DNA of 64,000 bases, taken from NCBI RefSeq assembly GCF_009914755.1, contig NC_060934.1. The stretch is one strand, 5' to 3'. This document shows positions 1 to 22,207 of the stretch, in pieces (position 1 is the stretch's first letter; each line of letters begins with the position of its first letter). A model generated the notes under the pieces. It saw nothing but the letters and a program-made list of their open reading frames with translations. It was not told the origin of the DNA and searched no databases. This DNA is from the human T2T-CHM13v2.0 reference genome, Homo sapiens. Position numbers and translations under genes: made by a program.

Positions 1-65
1 ATTTAAGGACTAAGGTGAAATAATGTTGCTGGAATTTCTGGCAGGTAGCCACTTCCCTCGGGTGA

Positions 66-677
<612 letters not shown>

Positions 678-1098
678 GGAACTCTTTTATAATTTTACAA
701 TAGCTCTTCCTAAAATACACTAGCTTTATGTGAACCTTGAATCTGTAAGATCTAGAAAAATAATAATACTATAAGATAGCCCTACTGTGTTTCCTTCATC
801 AGCAGCCTTGTGTCCTCTGTATGTTTTTGCAGTTGGAAAGGACACACATGGAAATGCCAGGGCCTCCCAAGAACTGCAAAACAGCTGGAGACAAACACCA
901 TCCAGGCACTTAGAACGGGCTCCTCTACCTAAGGAAGCCCCTTTTATACCAAGGCTCGTGAACAGCTTTAACAACTCTCATTTGGAGAAGGAACTCATGT
1001 ACCAAATTAAAGATCTACTGAAGCAGAGATCAGCCTTGTCCATAGTAGATGCTTAACAGGGATGTTTACTCAACAATCTTATCTAAAATGAATCTGCA

Positions 1099-1411
<313 letters not shown>

Positions 1412-2109
1412 TGAATCTGCAAGCTAAGGACACATGAGTTTCCCTGAACTTTATATACCTTAGAGGTGTATGAAGAGCGGGCTTAAAGTCAGCTAATAGA
1501 GACGTGTGGTATAAACTTCCAATGGCATTCAAAATGAATGACACTAATCCACCTGTAAAGGAAACAAATTAACCTCGATGAGAGGTATGGTTCCTTTGGC
1601 TCTGACATTCTTAGACCTTCTGATGTAATAGGTACCACAAGAATGATGTTCTCCTAATCATCAAATACTAAGAATGAGCTGGTTAAAGAACAGTCAGACC
1701 TAGCCACAATCAATCAATCCCATCCCATCAATTAAATCCCATCACCAGCATATAGCATACCTACTCATTATCATTTTCTACACTGTAACAGTCATTGCAC
1801 ATTAGTAATAATATTAAGTAGAATTTTACTTTAAGACAACAGAAGTCTTTTAAGATGCAATGAGTTAAAGAGAGATTTATAAACCCACAGAAACTTCCTT
1901 CAAAGGACTCCAACACAGCCTTTATTATTCCCACCCTAGAGCCAAGTTATTCTTTCTCAGGGCCCCTTCTTTGTGATAGATGTGTGCTTCCAACATTAGT
2001 GTCTCTGTACTGAAAAATACTCCTTCTGATGCTGACCAACAACAGTAGGGCACCTGGAGGGTACAGCTGGAGTTGTCTTTAGCCTATGGAGTAGGCACTC
2101 AAGCGTTAT

Positions 2110-2163
2110 TGGATGGATGGATGGATGGATGGATGGACGGACGGATGGATGGACGGATGGATG
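2110..2163. repeat. (GGAT)n/(GGAC)n microsatellite
   Basis: Direct tetranucleotide repeats. Confidence 0.9.
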
Positions 2164-2399
2164 ACTATTAAAAGCTTTAGCTATAAAATGAAGTAGTTGC
2201 ACTGATTAAGGTCCCCGCCAGTTCGAACATACTTTCCAGGTATCTATGTGCTAGACAGGTATTGATTCTGTCAACAAATGGTAGGATTATGTGATTTCTT
2301 TTGACCCTGCAATTTAAACTTAGTGAGAAACCATAGGCTGCTGGGCCTGCCCCCACCAAAACCCTTGCACATCTCAATGCTGACACCTAAGGTTTATAA

Positions 2400-2404
<5 letters not shown>

Positions 2405-2438
<34 letters not shown>
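2405..2438. repeat. (CT)n microsatellite
   Basis: Direct dinucleotide repeat. Confidence 0.9.
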
Positions 2439-2441
<3 letters not shown>

Positions 2442-2539
2442 AACCAAAAAACAGAGAACACGGCCCAATGATTTAAAGGAGAAACATGGAATCATATTAC
2501 CAGGCTGTACCAAAAGAGACCTCGGTGACCATCTGGCCC

Positions 2540-2660
2540 AACGACTGATGATATCAATGTCATCCAGAAAGGTTAAGTGATTTGATCAAGGTCACACAGC
2601 CAGAGGCCGGGCTGAGGCCAGGCCCATCTCCAGCTCCCTGAGCAGTGTTCCTTCAACCAC
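2540..2660 (-). mobile_element. MIR fragment
   Basis: aaggttaagtgatttgatcaaggtcacacagc, MIR core. Confidence 0.55.
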
Positions 2661-3316
2661 TCCAGCCTGCCCTTTGAACTCTCCCATGGTAATTAAGTCA
2701 AAAGTTCAAGATTTATGTGAGCCGCGGCCACCAATGACTGCCAACTGTATTTTTATGGATGCAAAAAATTTTAAAAACACAGCCTGTTCCAGCTCCTAGA
2801 TTAAGTCTCACAAACTCTCTAAAGCCCCACTAAAGCCTCTGTCTCGAGTCTATAATTAGGGCTTTTAAAAATATCACTAATCAGGACATTTGAATGCTTT
2901 GACTCCTGACAGGGGAAAAATGTCTCAGAGCTCCCCACTACCCTGCAGTTCTGCTTTCAGTTTGGTATAAACTAAGAGAAAACAAATCTAACAAAATACG
3001 GAGATGTGAGTGAGGATATGATTATGAGGGGGTATGTCTGTGGCTTTGAGAAATCTCATTAAAAACTTGCTAACCAGCCAGGCATTCAATCAGAAATATA
3101 TGTTTTCAAAACCAAGCAAGTTAACCACAAGTGAAAGAACTGAGCCCACTAGCAGACCAGTTAGCCCATGGGAATTCCCAAGATCTGCCTTCAAAGGAAA
3201 CTTCTCCAATCATTGGCTATGCTGTTTGACCAAGGAGGAGACTGAGAAAGATATTCAGTCCAACCATTGGATGGAACACCATCAACAGTATTTGTGATAA
3301 AATACCAAAAGCAGCT

Positions 3317-3612
3317 TTTTCTTCTTTTTAAGAGACAGGGTCTTGCTCCGTTGCCCAGGCTGCACTGCAGTGGTACAACCACAGCTCACTGCAGCCTTGA
3401 CCTCCTGGGCTCAGGTGATCCTCCCACCTGAGCCTCCCAAGTAACTGGGACTGCAGGCATGAGCTACCACACCTGGCTAATCTTTTATTTTTTGTAGAGA
3501 TGCGGTCTTGCTATGCTCCCGAGGCTAGTCTCAAACTCCTGGGTATACACGATCCTCCTGCTTCGGCCTCCCAACTAGCTGGAATTACAGGTGCGAGCTG
3601 CTATGCTGGCCC
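3317..3612 (-). mobile_element. AluJ
   Basis: Diverged Alu with J-type gctcaggtgatcctcccacc. Confidence 0.88.
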
Positions 3613-4496
3613 AAACCAACTTATTGATGATGTTTTCATTACAAAGGGAATTTCTAAAAATTTGCAAAGCCTGTGTGGGTTTTTTGTTGTTTTTATTACT
3701 GATATTGTTCTTTTCAATTCCTAGAAACTTCAACACAACTAAGAAGCCTGCTGTTACCAACTTAGGATCTCTACCAAGTAAAAATCCCAATTAGAACAAA
3801 GGTGACTTTGAACTGTTATCGGCAGGTTAATCAATGAAATGAGTTTGGAATCTCAGGCTAACTACCTTCATTTTCCCTAGGTACTTCCAAAAAAAATAGC
3901 CTTTCTCCCTGACATGGAGTGTGGGCATCTGCAGGTCTCAACAGGAATGAAACCAAAATAGAAAATTACTTTTTCTCTCATCACTCGAGAGAAAGAACCA
4001 CTTTAGCAGCAAGAGTCTTGATGCAACTGTCTCTCCATCACTTCCCTCGAGTTAAGCAATGGACCTGAACTTTTCGTCCATCATGATCTTCTCAAAAACT
4101 AAGTCTCAAGCTCTTCAGAAACATTAATCACCGAAACAAGCTGGAAACAATAAAAATCCCTCGAACAAATGGGTATATGCATCTACCTAGTTGCTGCCAG
4201 ATAACCCATTAACATACCTAGCACCTAGGGAAGGCAAGAACTAGTTAACTTATACTTTTCTATGCGAAAGGATAAATTCTCAACCCTTCAAAACCCTCAA
4301 CCTGGATGCATTTCAAAAATTAGCATATGAAACTGCAACTTTCTTTCTGGAGAAAATGTGTTGCACCGAGGGGCATATGTAACAGCATTATTTCCTGGCA
4401 ACCAGGCTTGTAATGACATCACAGGACTGTTCCACTTGGAAACATCTAGTGCTGGTACCATGTGAGGTCATCAGCTAGTCAGCTGCTAAAATATGA

Positions 4497-4888
<392 letters not shown>

Positions 4889-6337
4889 ATCTTTAATTCT
4901 TCATTGTTATTTTTGCCATTGTATTTGGCACCCAAGCTTTTCGTACTCTGTACAGAATCTAAAAAACACTCTAGCAGGCAGCTGAGCTTGCCTTCTTATG
5001 TTAACCAACAAAATTAGATCAATAATCTAGCAAATCAGCAGAGGGAATAACCTGCAATATATTTTTCCAACTGGAAGATACAGAACTAAATTTTCAATGT
5101 CTCAATCCAAAAGGAGAAAAAAAAAAAAAAAAAAAAAACTCAAAAAAGCCCAAAAACGTCACCATCAACACAGGGTCACTGGAGCATCATTTGTCAAAGT
5201 TCCTAAAGAAGAACATACAAACACACCCCAGTGGCATTTTCAGACAATCAGAAGGCACCAAAGAAATCAATCTGGACACATGAGTGTTTTCCAGGTGGCT
5301 GAAAATACAAAGAATTTGGTGCTTCTGCAATTTTCCCTATTAATCGGGTCAGGCATTTGACACTTGAGGTGGCAAAAAATTGTTTTAATGGCAACGTCCC
5401 CTTTCCTGCCTTGCCAATTACCCCGGCCGTGGCATTCCTCTGTCCACACAGGCCACAGCTGCTTAATCTCAGCCGCCCCAGGCTGCACCTGTGAATCAGA
5501 CCAGCCTAATCACACTAACAGATGGCAGAGGCCAAGTAGCCAGCTAAGAACCGCTATCACTTTAAATAGCATCTAATGTTTCACAGACACCAAACAGAGG
5601 CACCTCCTCACAGCAGTATCTCCCTGGTACAGCTAACACTAGCCCTTAATCACTGCAGAGCACCCATTTCAGGGGCAGAGTTGCTGTCATTCGAGAGCTA
5701 ATTACAAAAGAACCCTGCTTGCAAGGTGAAGGCATGGCAAGTACACTGTTGGTTGGCATTCATCACATGGGTGCTCTACCCCCTGGCCCTTCTGCATGGG
5801 CGCTGGGCAGTTAGGAACACTGTTCACAATGCAAAGCATAAGGTCCACAGCATATAATCCTTCTGAACCACTCAGCCTGCCTGTCATGTAATCCATACCT
5901 TGCTGTTGCATTCTATTGCTTCACATGGTTTCACGGTAACCTGCTATTAGGCAGGTAGCCGACAACCAGGACAACGCAGTTCCCCAGGCATCCAAAAACC
6001 AAGCTGACAGAATCTGATGTCTCAATCCATAGCGAGGGCACCCACATACAGTAAAACTGGAGAGCTGTAAACACCTGTACAAGCATTCTCACTCCACCCC
6101 CATCGTGACCCTAGGATGCTCTCAGGCAACAGGCCTACAACTGAAACGCAGCCCTTCTTTTGCTTGCTAAGCCACAATTTTCCATTCAATAAAGCAAGAA
6201 TAAATACTCTCTCCACCTGATCGGGTTATTGGTGGCATGGACGGAACCAGCAGCCAGCACAGAGCCTGTCTAGTGCAGGCCCTCAGCATCTTTGCCTCCA
6301 GCTTCATGCCAGAGCCACTGGCCAAAAGAAGTGAGTG

Positions 6338-6682
<345 letters not shown>

Positions 6683-6832
6683 TTATTAAATAACAATAAT
6701 GATAACCTCTTTAGAAGGCTGGTACAAATCACAGAAGATACTTCCACTCACCTTATTATCCACTGTTTTACGAACAAGACCACTAACAGTAAGCTCCCAT
6801 TCAGGGCAGACCTCCACGTGCAAATTCTAAGC

Positions 6833-6983
6833 CAGTGGTTCTCGCATTTCAGTGTGAATCAGAATCAGCCCCAGAGTTTCTGAGGCAGTGGGTCTGAGGA
6901 GGAACCTGAGAATCTGCATTTCGAGGGAGTTCTCAGGTGATGCTGATGCTGCTGGTCCAGGAACTTTACTTTGAGAACCACTG
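6833..6983. mobile_element. MER5A-like hAT-Charlie MITE
   Basis: TIRs cagtggttctc...gagaaccactg; tgatgctgctggtcca motif; near-matching 8-bp TSD ttctaagc/ccctaagc. Confidence 0.8.
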
Positions 6984-7100
6984 CCCTAAGCTTCCTCTTG
7001 ACAAAAAGTAAAAACTGCACCAACCAAAATATTTCTCTTTTGCCCCAGCTGCTAGGAGACTCAGGGACAAATCTAAGTCTTCACTTAAGTAACTCATTTA

Positions 7101-8962
<1,862 letters not shown>

Positions 8963-8966
8963 TATT

Positions 8967-9470
<504 letters not shown>

Positions 9471-9639
9471 TTAAGAAAAATGTAGAATATACCATGTAAG
9501 CAGAGAATCCCAATACCCTATGTACAAACACTTTAGGAACATTCTAGCCAAGTCATTGGAAAATGCAAGTAATGCTATATTGTATTTTGTGTATTGAATA
9601 AACATTTGCAAGCAACCACTCTTCTGAGCACTATACAAC

Positions 9640-9800
9640 TAGGAACTCATGTAATCCTCATAACAACCCCAGAAAATAGTATTATTATTATTACTCCCAT
9701 TTTATAAAGAAACTAAGGCACAGAAGTGAAATGAGCAACTCAGAAGTTGTGGAGCAAGATTCAAACCCAGGTTGCCCAGCTCCAAGAGGCTACGCCATGT
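9640..9800 (-). mobile_element. MIR
   Basis: taatcctcataacaaccc...cccattttata...aactaaggcacaga...gattcaaacccagg. Confidence 0.7.
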
Positions 9801-9956
9801 TCTTCCTCGCAAGTAAATGGCCTCTCCCATGTTAGCGCTCAGTGTTCATGGCCCTCATTAAGCAAGCCACCCTTGGCTCCCTTTTCAATCGTGGTCTACA
9901 AAGTAAGGCACACGTCCTTCATTTTCACTCAGCATGAGGTGTGTGTTGTAGGAGGC

Positions 9957-10146
9957 CGGGTTTCTCACCCTAGGGATGATTGACATCTTGGACCAGATAA
10001 TTCTTTGTTATGGGGCTGTGCTCTGCATCCCTGGCCCCTCCCCAGCTAAAGGCCACCAGCACCCCCTCCCTCTGTTGTGACAACCAAATATTGCCCAATG
10101 TGCCGGGAGAGCAAGAATAGGCAATTGCCCCAGTCACACACCACTG
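9957..10146. mobile_element. MER20-like hAT-Charlie element
   Basis: ttgacatcttggaccagataattctttgtt...gttgtgacaacca motifs. Confidence 0.7.
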
Positions 10147-10509
10147 GATTAAACCAAGCACAATCACTGATTACAAGGAAAACCAAGATGTTACATGGTT
10201 CTACTATTCTTATGTCTCTGAATAGGGAGAAGTCAAAGGGAAAAGGGAAAATCAAGGAAAGAAAAGTAGTAACTGCTTTGAAAAACGAATGACCAGTGAC
10301 ACGAGAAGAAAGGACAAACGATAGAGAAGGCTGTGCAGCAACACTGGTTTATTCTCAGGTTTGAAAGTCAGGAAAGTAGACACAGCGGGGAAAGGCAAGG
10401 GCCGCGGGACACAGCATGGCGCAGAAGAGTCGACAAGAAGACAGGTGACAGGCAGAACTTCCCTCCATGCTCCTCTCTCGGGGACCATCGGAGCCGGGCA
10501 GTTACTTAC

Positions 10510-10587
10510 TCTTGTTGTTACTGTTCTCACTGACAAAATCTTCCGCACCATCGGTGTCATCCTCATCATCTCCGGATGAGATGGCAT
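10510..10587 (-). CDS. FGFR2: FGFR2 exon 4 (78 nt): acid box linker
   Basis: tttgcatacag|AT acceptor; AAGA|gtaagt donor; [26 protein letters not shown]; phase 1-1. Confidence 0.98.
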
Positions 10588-11407
10588 CTGTATGCAAAAG
10601 AACATATTCCATGGATGTGTTTTTTGCAAAGCAAAAAGGTTGCAATTATCTACAACTGAGACCTTCTCCATAGCAAAGTCAACAACCCAGGAACCCTCGC
10701 AAAGAGCCTGGGATTGTTTTCAGTTAAGATAGTTTTAATGGCTTAAATTTTCCCTCCATGATGACAGTTGGTCTATGTTATGATTCTCAATGTTTTCTGC
10801 TTTCACGCTATTTAAACAGGCTATAAAATTGGATATATGAGAACTGGATTTCAAGCTTCAAACAGTATTCAAGCCCCTGACAAATTTACCAATTGTGTAG
10901 CACCCAAAGACTCTTTTTCCAACATTAACCTTTCAGTATGCGGGGTCTCCTTGAAGAAAGAAATTGATCCCTAACAAAACTCAGTCCCTGTGTGGCCCTT
11001 CTCATCGTCAACTAACATTCTGAAAGCAGAACTTTAAACTCGGCCACAAAGGGGGCCTGTTCTGTCCCGCTCACTGCATAGAAGGAAATCATGGAGAGAA
11101 ACTCAAACTCTAATAAATGAATCAGAAATCTTGAGTATCCAAATTTCAACCCTATATTCTAAATGCCAGAGATGTCAGTGGTACAAAAAAAAAAAAAAAA
11201 AAGCATGTATTTACTTAAATAAAAGCGTACTATCTTAAGAAAAATGTTACTTTGTGCACAAGAATTCTATCATTCTTAATGATCGGCCTTTCTGGTGCAC
11301 CAGGTCCCAAAGAAGAATTTCAAAAACTATGAAGCTGTATGCCTGGCATCCAATTACAATTAGAGATCTCACTACCTTTTCACTTGGCCAAAAAAATGTA
11401 ATGGCTA

Positions 11408-12052
<645 letters not shown>

Positions 12053-13695
12053 TTATTGTGGTATGTTTTATTTGTAAGAATGCCGAGTTTTACACATTTG
12101 TACGTGAAACGTGACTGTGCGCCACACACACATACACTCTTTATTATTTGTGCTAGACTTGGTCTGTTGCCCCAAGGCCAAGCTTCTTAAAATGAAATGT
12201 CTCAAACTCAAGGAAAACTAAGGGATCCCTCTACAAGATTTTTTGCCACCCAGAGTTTTCATGAGCTCTCATGTTCAGATCAGTACTTTGCCGGTTTAGA
12301 GACCTAATTCTGTGCTGGGTGAGCTGAGACCTGCTGTTTTCCCAAAATGATAAAAGCCTAGAGGCCTTAACACCAAAAACAAAAAGAGCAAAATGCCCAG
12401 ACAGCTGCAAGGCAGTCTCCGTTGCACTTACAGGGGTCCTGAAATGAAGCCGCTGGGTGCTGTGTGCCCCCGACTCCACACGACAAAGCTGAGTCCCACC
12501 CTGCTCACCAACACCCACCACACATGTCCCAGGCTTCTTCTGTAGGGACAGTCCTTCCTCCCTCTCTTCCCTGTCATCCACCCTCCAAGACCCAAATCAA
12601 GCAGGGTCCTCCGTGATGGGAGTCACCTTGCATCAGTCCCCCTGGGCGGAAGAGCACTGGCTCCCTCCCCCTCCACCATACACCTGCCCACTTTGCCAGC
12701 TCATGGGATGCACCATATTCTCATGAATGCATCCCATCTCCCCACGGAGACACCAAGACCCTAGAGAAAAGGCGTGGGTCTCATGGTTCTCTGTGCTTCC
12801 CGCCACCGACCCCATCCTGCTTGGCAGACACATGGCCATGTCAAACAAGGTCACAGTTCCCAGATATGCAGCACGGGATTGGACCCACAAGGATCCAACC
12901 CACACAACCTCTCCACTGGAGTTGAGAGGACACCACTGGCATTTATTAATAACAACAGCTGGAGCGGCCAGCTGGGATGGCCACGAGGGCCCAAGAAGGA
13001 GGCTTTCATCCCTCCAGTGAGAAGTGTGAATGGGACCCAGAGTTCCAGGCCTAGAAAATGCAAAGCTTCCCAGCACTGAGACAGCACCAAATCAGGGCAG
13101 GATCAAAGGCAACTGTTTTGCCTAGACACCCCTCAGAAGGACAAATCTCCCACAGGAGACTGAAATCAAGTCAATCTGTGTTTCAGTCCCACTGTGAAAG
13201 GAGCAAGGGCCACATGCATTGGGGACAAGAAATCCCCCTCACCACCACCATCAACAGCCACACAGGAGGCCCGGGGCTTCTCAAGGGGGCATCACCAAAG
13301 GCATGCATGCCAAGCCCCAGATGCCAACTAGCACGTGAACACAAAGAGAGAATCACAACAAAAGGAGGAAAATAGAAGCTAAATGTAACATGGACAAATG
13401 CACCCCAAAGCAAGGAAAGCCCAGCTGACGGGCAGGTTATGTTTCTAACATTTGTTTTCTCACTCAGTAATTATTTACTGCATGTCTACTATACAACAAG
13501 CCTATTCTGGAAGCTCCGCAGGAAGAGGAGACAAGATAAAGACCCTGCACTTGTGGAGCGTCCATTATGGTGGGGGTGACAGACGATAGATACAAAATCT
13601 ACAAAAAATACAGTGTTCTTGCTTAAGCATTAGGAAGAAGGACATGGCAAGGTACGGGCACACACAGCAGTGGCAGAGGAGGGCTGGTCCCTTGG

Positions 13696-13912
13696 CAGGA
13701 GGTGGCGGATGATGGCCCGCGGGCCAAGCCAGCCGCAGCTTGTTTTTGTAAACAAAGCTTTATTAGAACACGGCCATGCCCATTCCTTATTGTCTGGCGC
13801 TGCTTTTGTGTGTTACAAGGGCAGAGTTCAGTCATTGCAACAGAAACCCTGTGGCCTGCAAGCCCTACAATATTTGCAGTCTTGCCTTTGCAAAAAGTGT
13901 TTCAATCCCTGT
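13696..13912. mobile_element. MER58-like hAT-Charlie element
   Basis: tgtttttgtaaacaaagctttattagaacacggccatgcccattc...ggcagagtt...tggcctgcaagccct. Confidence 0.7.
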
Positions 13913-15155
13913 TGTATAAGACAATCAGAGAGACTTCTCCAAAGAACAGGCATTTGAGCTGAGAAGTGAAGGACAAAGCGAAGTTTAAAAGATGTTGGGA
14001 ACTTAGTTTGAAGGCTCTTAGAGCAGGTCTCTCAAGGCTGGTTAAGTCAAAATGCGGCTGAATTGAGTGACTAATAGAAATACTTTAAACTATGGAGACC
14101 AAACAGAAAAAAGAAAGGAAGAGAAATATGAGAAGGAGGAGAAGACGGCAGGGATTCAGTCTGGTCCCAAATCTTGGCCCATCTCCCACTCCCAACATCC
14201 TAGAGTCACAGATTCACTCAACATGAGAGCTGAAGGGGCCCCAAACGCTATTGGTCCAACCCCTTTGACAGCTGGCTAAGGCAAGGACCAGATGTCCTTT
14301 GAGTCCCAGGTCTCCAACAACTCATTGCTGAAACAGCACCCACCATGTTAGAATGAATTTACATTGGATCAGTCTGGGTCATAAAATGATCAATGTCTAT
14401 TATGACAACATCACATGATCAGCAAGTCACCAGAAATGTTATGGAATGTACTTTCCTCTTAGCCAGAATTGATCACCAGGGCAGCCGCTGAGCAGAAGCA
14501 GCAAAGCTTCCCTCCCTCACAGGGAAGGCACCTGGGACCCACACACCAATCTGCTCCATCCTGACCCTCAGATAAGGTGCAACCATGTCCCTATGTCACG
14601 CAGAGGAATGCTCTAAGACTCCATTAGGGGGAAAAAAAGAAAAAAAAAAGATAAGCAAGGCATTTGCAATTGTGATGCAGAAAAAAATCTCTCTCCCGGC
14701 AAAGGAGGAGTTATGATGTATGATTTCCTGTTTTTAAATGAAAGTGTTTTCATTGAGAATCCTTTCCTTCACCTAAAATCAGTAAACCCCAAAATCTTGC
14801 TGAAACTGGGGGTATCTGAGCTGCTGGACTACCACGTGCTGTTCTAGAAGGAAGTACAGGGGACAGCGAGGACCTGTGTCTTATTTGGAGCTGGACATGG
14901 GAGATGCCTGGTGAAGGGTGCTGCCCTGGACGAGAAGAGGATGAAGCCCTGAGTTCCCACGCCTCTCCATTCCTGCTTAACCTTTTGGCCTGGTGTTCCC
15001 CATCTGTTGCAGGGTAAGAGTATCCAAATACTGGTTTATTATTGGTAAGATTCCAATGAGCCAACGAAGATGAACCTGATCATCAACTACAACATGTCGG
15101 GCTAATGACTGTCACTATTACTGTTACTCTTCAAGGCGGAAGATGCTTGCCGTGA

Positions 15156-15522
<367 letters not shown>

Positions 15523-16820
15523 AGAACACTTGGATTGCTATCTCCAGATACAAAGTGATTTTACAGGAGTCCCATCTCAATGGACAGTTAAGATGACTTG
15601 ACGTACTAAAACTGCTTTTGATCCCAGTAAAACCAGATCAAAACTGTCATCTAGATATCCAAGCTTCAAGGATAGTAAAATATCACCCCCTAAAATACAC
15701 CAATGAGATAATGATGTTTATCCATAAAAATCAAGCCATCCTGTCTTCAAAGTCTCAAACCAGTAACTGCTGTCTTGGTAAACTGAGAAAGCAAGGACTC
15801 CTCCCTCCACCCCTTCAGTGGTCATTTCACAAAGGGCCCATTTTGGGGATCAGCGGTGCCTTTAGTAAACATGCCAGTAATACCCCTGGGTATCCCAGAA
15901 GACTCTGCAAGCACATGTTAGGGAGAATGCATGAATAAACACACAAGAGAGAAAGAGGTTGGGGAGAATAAAAAGAGGAGGATGTAAGTAAGAAGAGAGG
16001 CAGGGATGGGGTGGGGCCATACGCTGGGGAGGGGCCAAATGCCACACTGGTAGCCTCCCAGGCCACCCAGTGGCCCCCCAAGCCCAGCCTGCAGGGCCCA
16101 GCACACACGACACATATCAAAGACAACCCCGGCCAGGGGGCCAAGAACACAAGCACCTAACAGCTGGCTCAGTGGAAGCAGCTCTGTCCCTGCCCGTGTC
16201 CTTGGGTCCATTTGCCGTCCACAGGGCTTAGCTTCTCTTCTGGGTTTGAATGCTGCAGGTGACCTGACCCGCTGCCCACTCCCTGCAAACATGCACTCCC
16301 TGAGCCCTCCATGTTCATCCCCACAGTTGTACTGACCTGGCCCCAGGCTGCGCGGAGCCAGGACAATCAGAGAATCCCCTGTGCCTGCATGTGCAAAGGG
16401 GCCTCCCTAACTCTGGTCACCCCCCATGGATGGACAACCTCTCCCTGACTCCACCAGGCTGCACAGCCTGCTCTGTGAAAGAGCAAAGAATTCCCCAGGA
16501 AATGTACATAACTCCTTTTATAGTCATGTGAGCACTTCCTGGATTTACTTTTTCCCATTGCTGTGGCATACTTTTCACCTTTCCTGTGCGAATCCACCAG
16601 GGGTGCACAGCCCAACATCTCCCTCATCTCCTGCCAAAACGCAATGGGGAGAAGGTTCCAGAAGCCGCCTTGCTATGCACAAATGCTCTTTCAGAGGCTT
16701 CCACAGACAGAGAATATGTTTCCATGTATTTTTCACAATATGAATTAAAAGTCGAAAAGAAGCAAGCAAGCTTCACAGTAGTATTGGCCAATCTTTGTCA
16801 CTGTTTCCTAAAACTGGTAA

Positions 16821-17607
<787 letters not shown>

Positions 17608-17662
17608 ACAAGCAGCTTCTTTAAAAACAAACAAACAAACAAACAAACAAAAAAAAACGACT

Positions 17663-17966
<304 letters not shown>

Positions 17967-18032
17967 TTGACTGTTTTGATAATTTAAAAATGAGAGAGAC
18001 AGGTACTTGTACAGCTAATCAAAAAATAAATG

Positions 18033-18648
<616 letters not shown>

Positions 18649-19482
18649 GTATGAATAACAACAGGCATCTGCACATGAGCTGTGAGTAATTCCTGCCTTG
18701 ACCTGGCCTTCCTTCCCTAAGAAAACCATCCTGTTATTCCTTGGGAGCTCATAGGACCTCTGACTGGGGAGAGAAAGAAACTGAGGCAGGGGCTGCCTGA
18801 CTCTCCGAGCCCCTCAGCAGACCATTTGACATCACACGGAGTGCCACTAGCCACAAGCTGCATGAATTTACCTCTCTATAAGTAAACAGAGAGAAAAAAA
18901 TCCTCGCTGTGTGTGAAGATAGCCCCAGGAGGGGGAAATCTTGTAAAAGTCAAAAAAGGCTGTGACTTATGTGACTTCACTGCACACATCCAGCTGGACT
19001 TCTCACCCATCTCAGCGGGAGGGTTGTCTTGAGACAGTTGAAACAGCAAAAGGGTTTGGAAACGGTAAGCTATTTCAGGTAACACTTTACGTTGCCAAAC
19101 CAGCGATAGCAGCACTTCAGACTGTCACTTTTTATAATGTTTGCCTATAAACTTTTCCCGTGTGGTTTTTGAAATGGCGCCCAAATGCAAACAGAGAACA
19201 GATGGGAAACCTGAGTCTTGCCCCGTCCAATCACTTCACGGAGAATGGACGACAGATTTAAACTGTTAAGGAAGAAAAAAGCAGTTTCTACCAACGGCAC
19301 AGCTCCCTCCATTACTTTTCACAAATTAAGCCTTTTCTGGGGTTTCCCAGGGATGGTGTCTTTTCCAACGTCTAGATCATCCTAGTTCCAAGGATGCGGT
19401 GGGGTCGTCCTGGAACCCATCCCACTGAGGTTTCTCCCTCCTCCAAAGTCAGAGGTGTCCAATCCCTAAACACATTCCTCCA

Positions 19483-19700
19483 GGAAGAAGAAAGAGAGAA
19501 AGAAATCCCTGAACAGACTCCTCTGGAAGAGACAGAAGGATGAAAGAGAGGGAGAGGGGGAAAAAGGAGAGGAGAGACGGAGACAAGGAAAAGGAAGGGA
19601 GAGAAACAGAGGGAGGGAGAGGAAAGAAGAGGAAGGCAAGAGGAAGAAAGAGAGGGGAAGGGGAGAGGAGAAAGAGGGAGGGGGCAGAGAGAAGAGGCAG
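19483..19700. repeat. GA-rich low-complexity purine tract
   Basis: Near-pure A/G run. Confidence 0.8.
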
Positions 19701-20213
19701 GTTAGGAGCACACCCGGGAGGCATGTCCTGTCAGGGTTGTGGGTTGCAGGAAGAAACCCGTTTGTACCTGGAGGCACAGCTGGGACTCCCACAAGCACTG
19801 TAACAGGAGCGCTGCGGGAAGGGTAGTAAAATGGCCTTCGGTTCCCGGTGCCCTCCCACACCTCCTGCCACCTTGTACAGAGTAAATGTCACGGCTGTAG
19901 GGCTGTAGGGCTGCCAGTGTCTCTACAGGAGAAACACAGTCCGGCTGCAAATGTCGCTACATAGTCACTGCACACAAAGCACATGGCAAGTAAGTGGCCG
20001 CCACTGTCCTCCCTGGTCCAGTAACCCCCAACTGGCCCTCTTAGTCTGGAAGATGTCCTGTAGTGGCCACGCCCAGTCCCAGTAAGAAGTCCTCACTGGT
20101 CAATACCCAATTCTCTGTCCGTAGGAACAGAAGAGAGATTTCTGCAAGATAGGGTTTCTGGAAGAGCCCAGCCCCCTCTTTCCTATGGCACAATCTGGGT
20201 ATCACTGGCATCA

Positions 20214-20757
<544 letters not shown>

Positions 20758-21573
20758 CTACGTGTTCTTTAAGGGGGCGAGGAAGGGACAAATACTCCGC
20801 ACAATATAAAGGTGAAAGTTCTCTACCTCGAGAAATACTGCCAACATAAAAACGGAGAACAAAAAGAAGTCAAAGCAACAAACAACAGATAAGTACGCAG
20901 GATGAAAGGGTGCAGTCCTCTCTTTCTAACCAGTTGTCAGGGTGTCTGGTAGACACAAGTCGGGACTGAAACCTCCCTGGTCGCTAACAAGGATGCCGGT
21001 AACAACAGCTAACAGCCGCCTCTGCAGCGGTAGCTGGATTTCTCCAGAAACTCCAGACTGGCTCATGTTCCTAGTCATCAGATGGGATCATGGCTAATGT
21101 TTCCAATATGGTAACCATTAAAAATTATATATTTAGGCACACCCCTCATATCATTTAAGTCTGCCTTTGAGAAACATGCTGGATGGCTCTTCATGTTTGA
21201 AAGAAATTATATTGTTGCCCATGAGAAAATAAAAATGCACACAGAGTAAAGAGCCTAAGAATGCACTTACTGAGGAGTGAGTCACCGTGTCTCCCAATGT
21301 CCCCACCCACAGTGGAAATCCGCACTCCCTGTTTTGTCAGTATCCCTCTCGCTTTTGATCTGATGTTTTCGGCTGTTCATGACAGTGTTCTCCAAAAAAA
21401 GATGCACAGAGGGAAGATTTTCTCTCTGGTCCCAACACGTGTATTAAAGTCATATTTCATGAGTGAAAAATTCCTGATGGACCACTAAGACGCAGGTATT
21501 GAATCAGTACTGTGTGCATAAACTCCTAGATATGGGCAGCTTTGCTTGCATAAGAACTTCAAAATTGAGTCCT

Positions 21574-22207
<634 letters not shown>

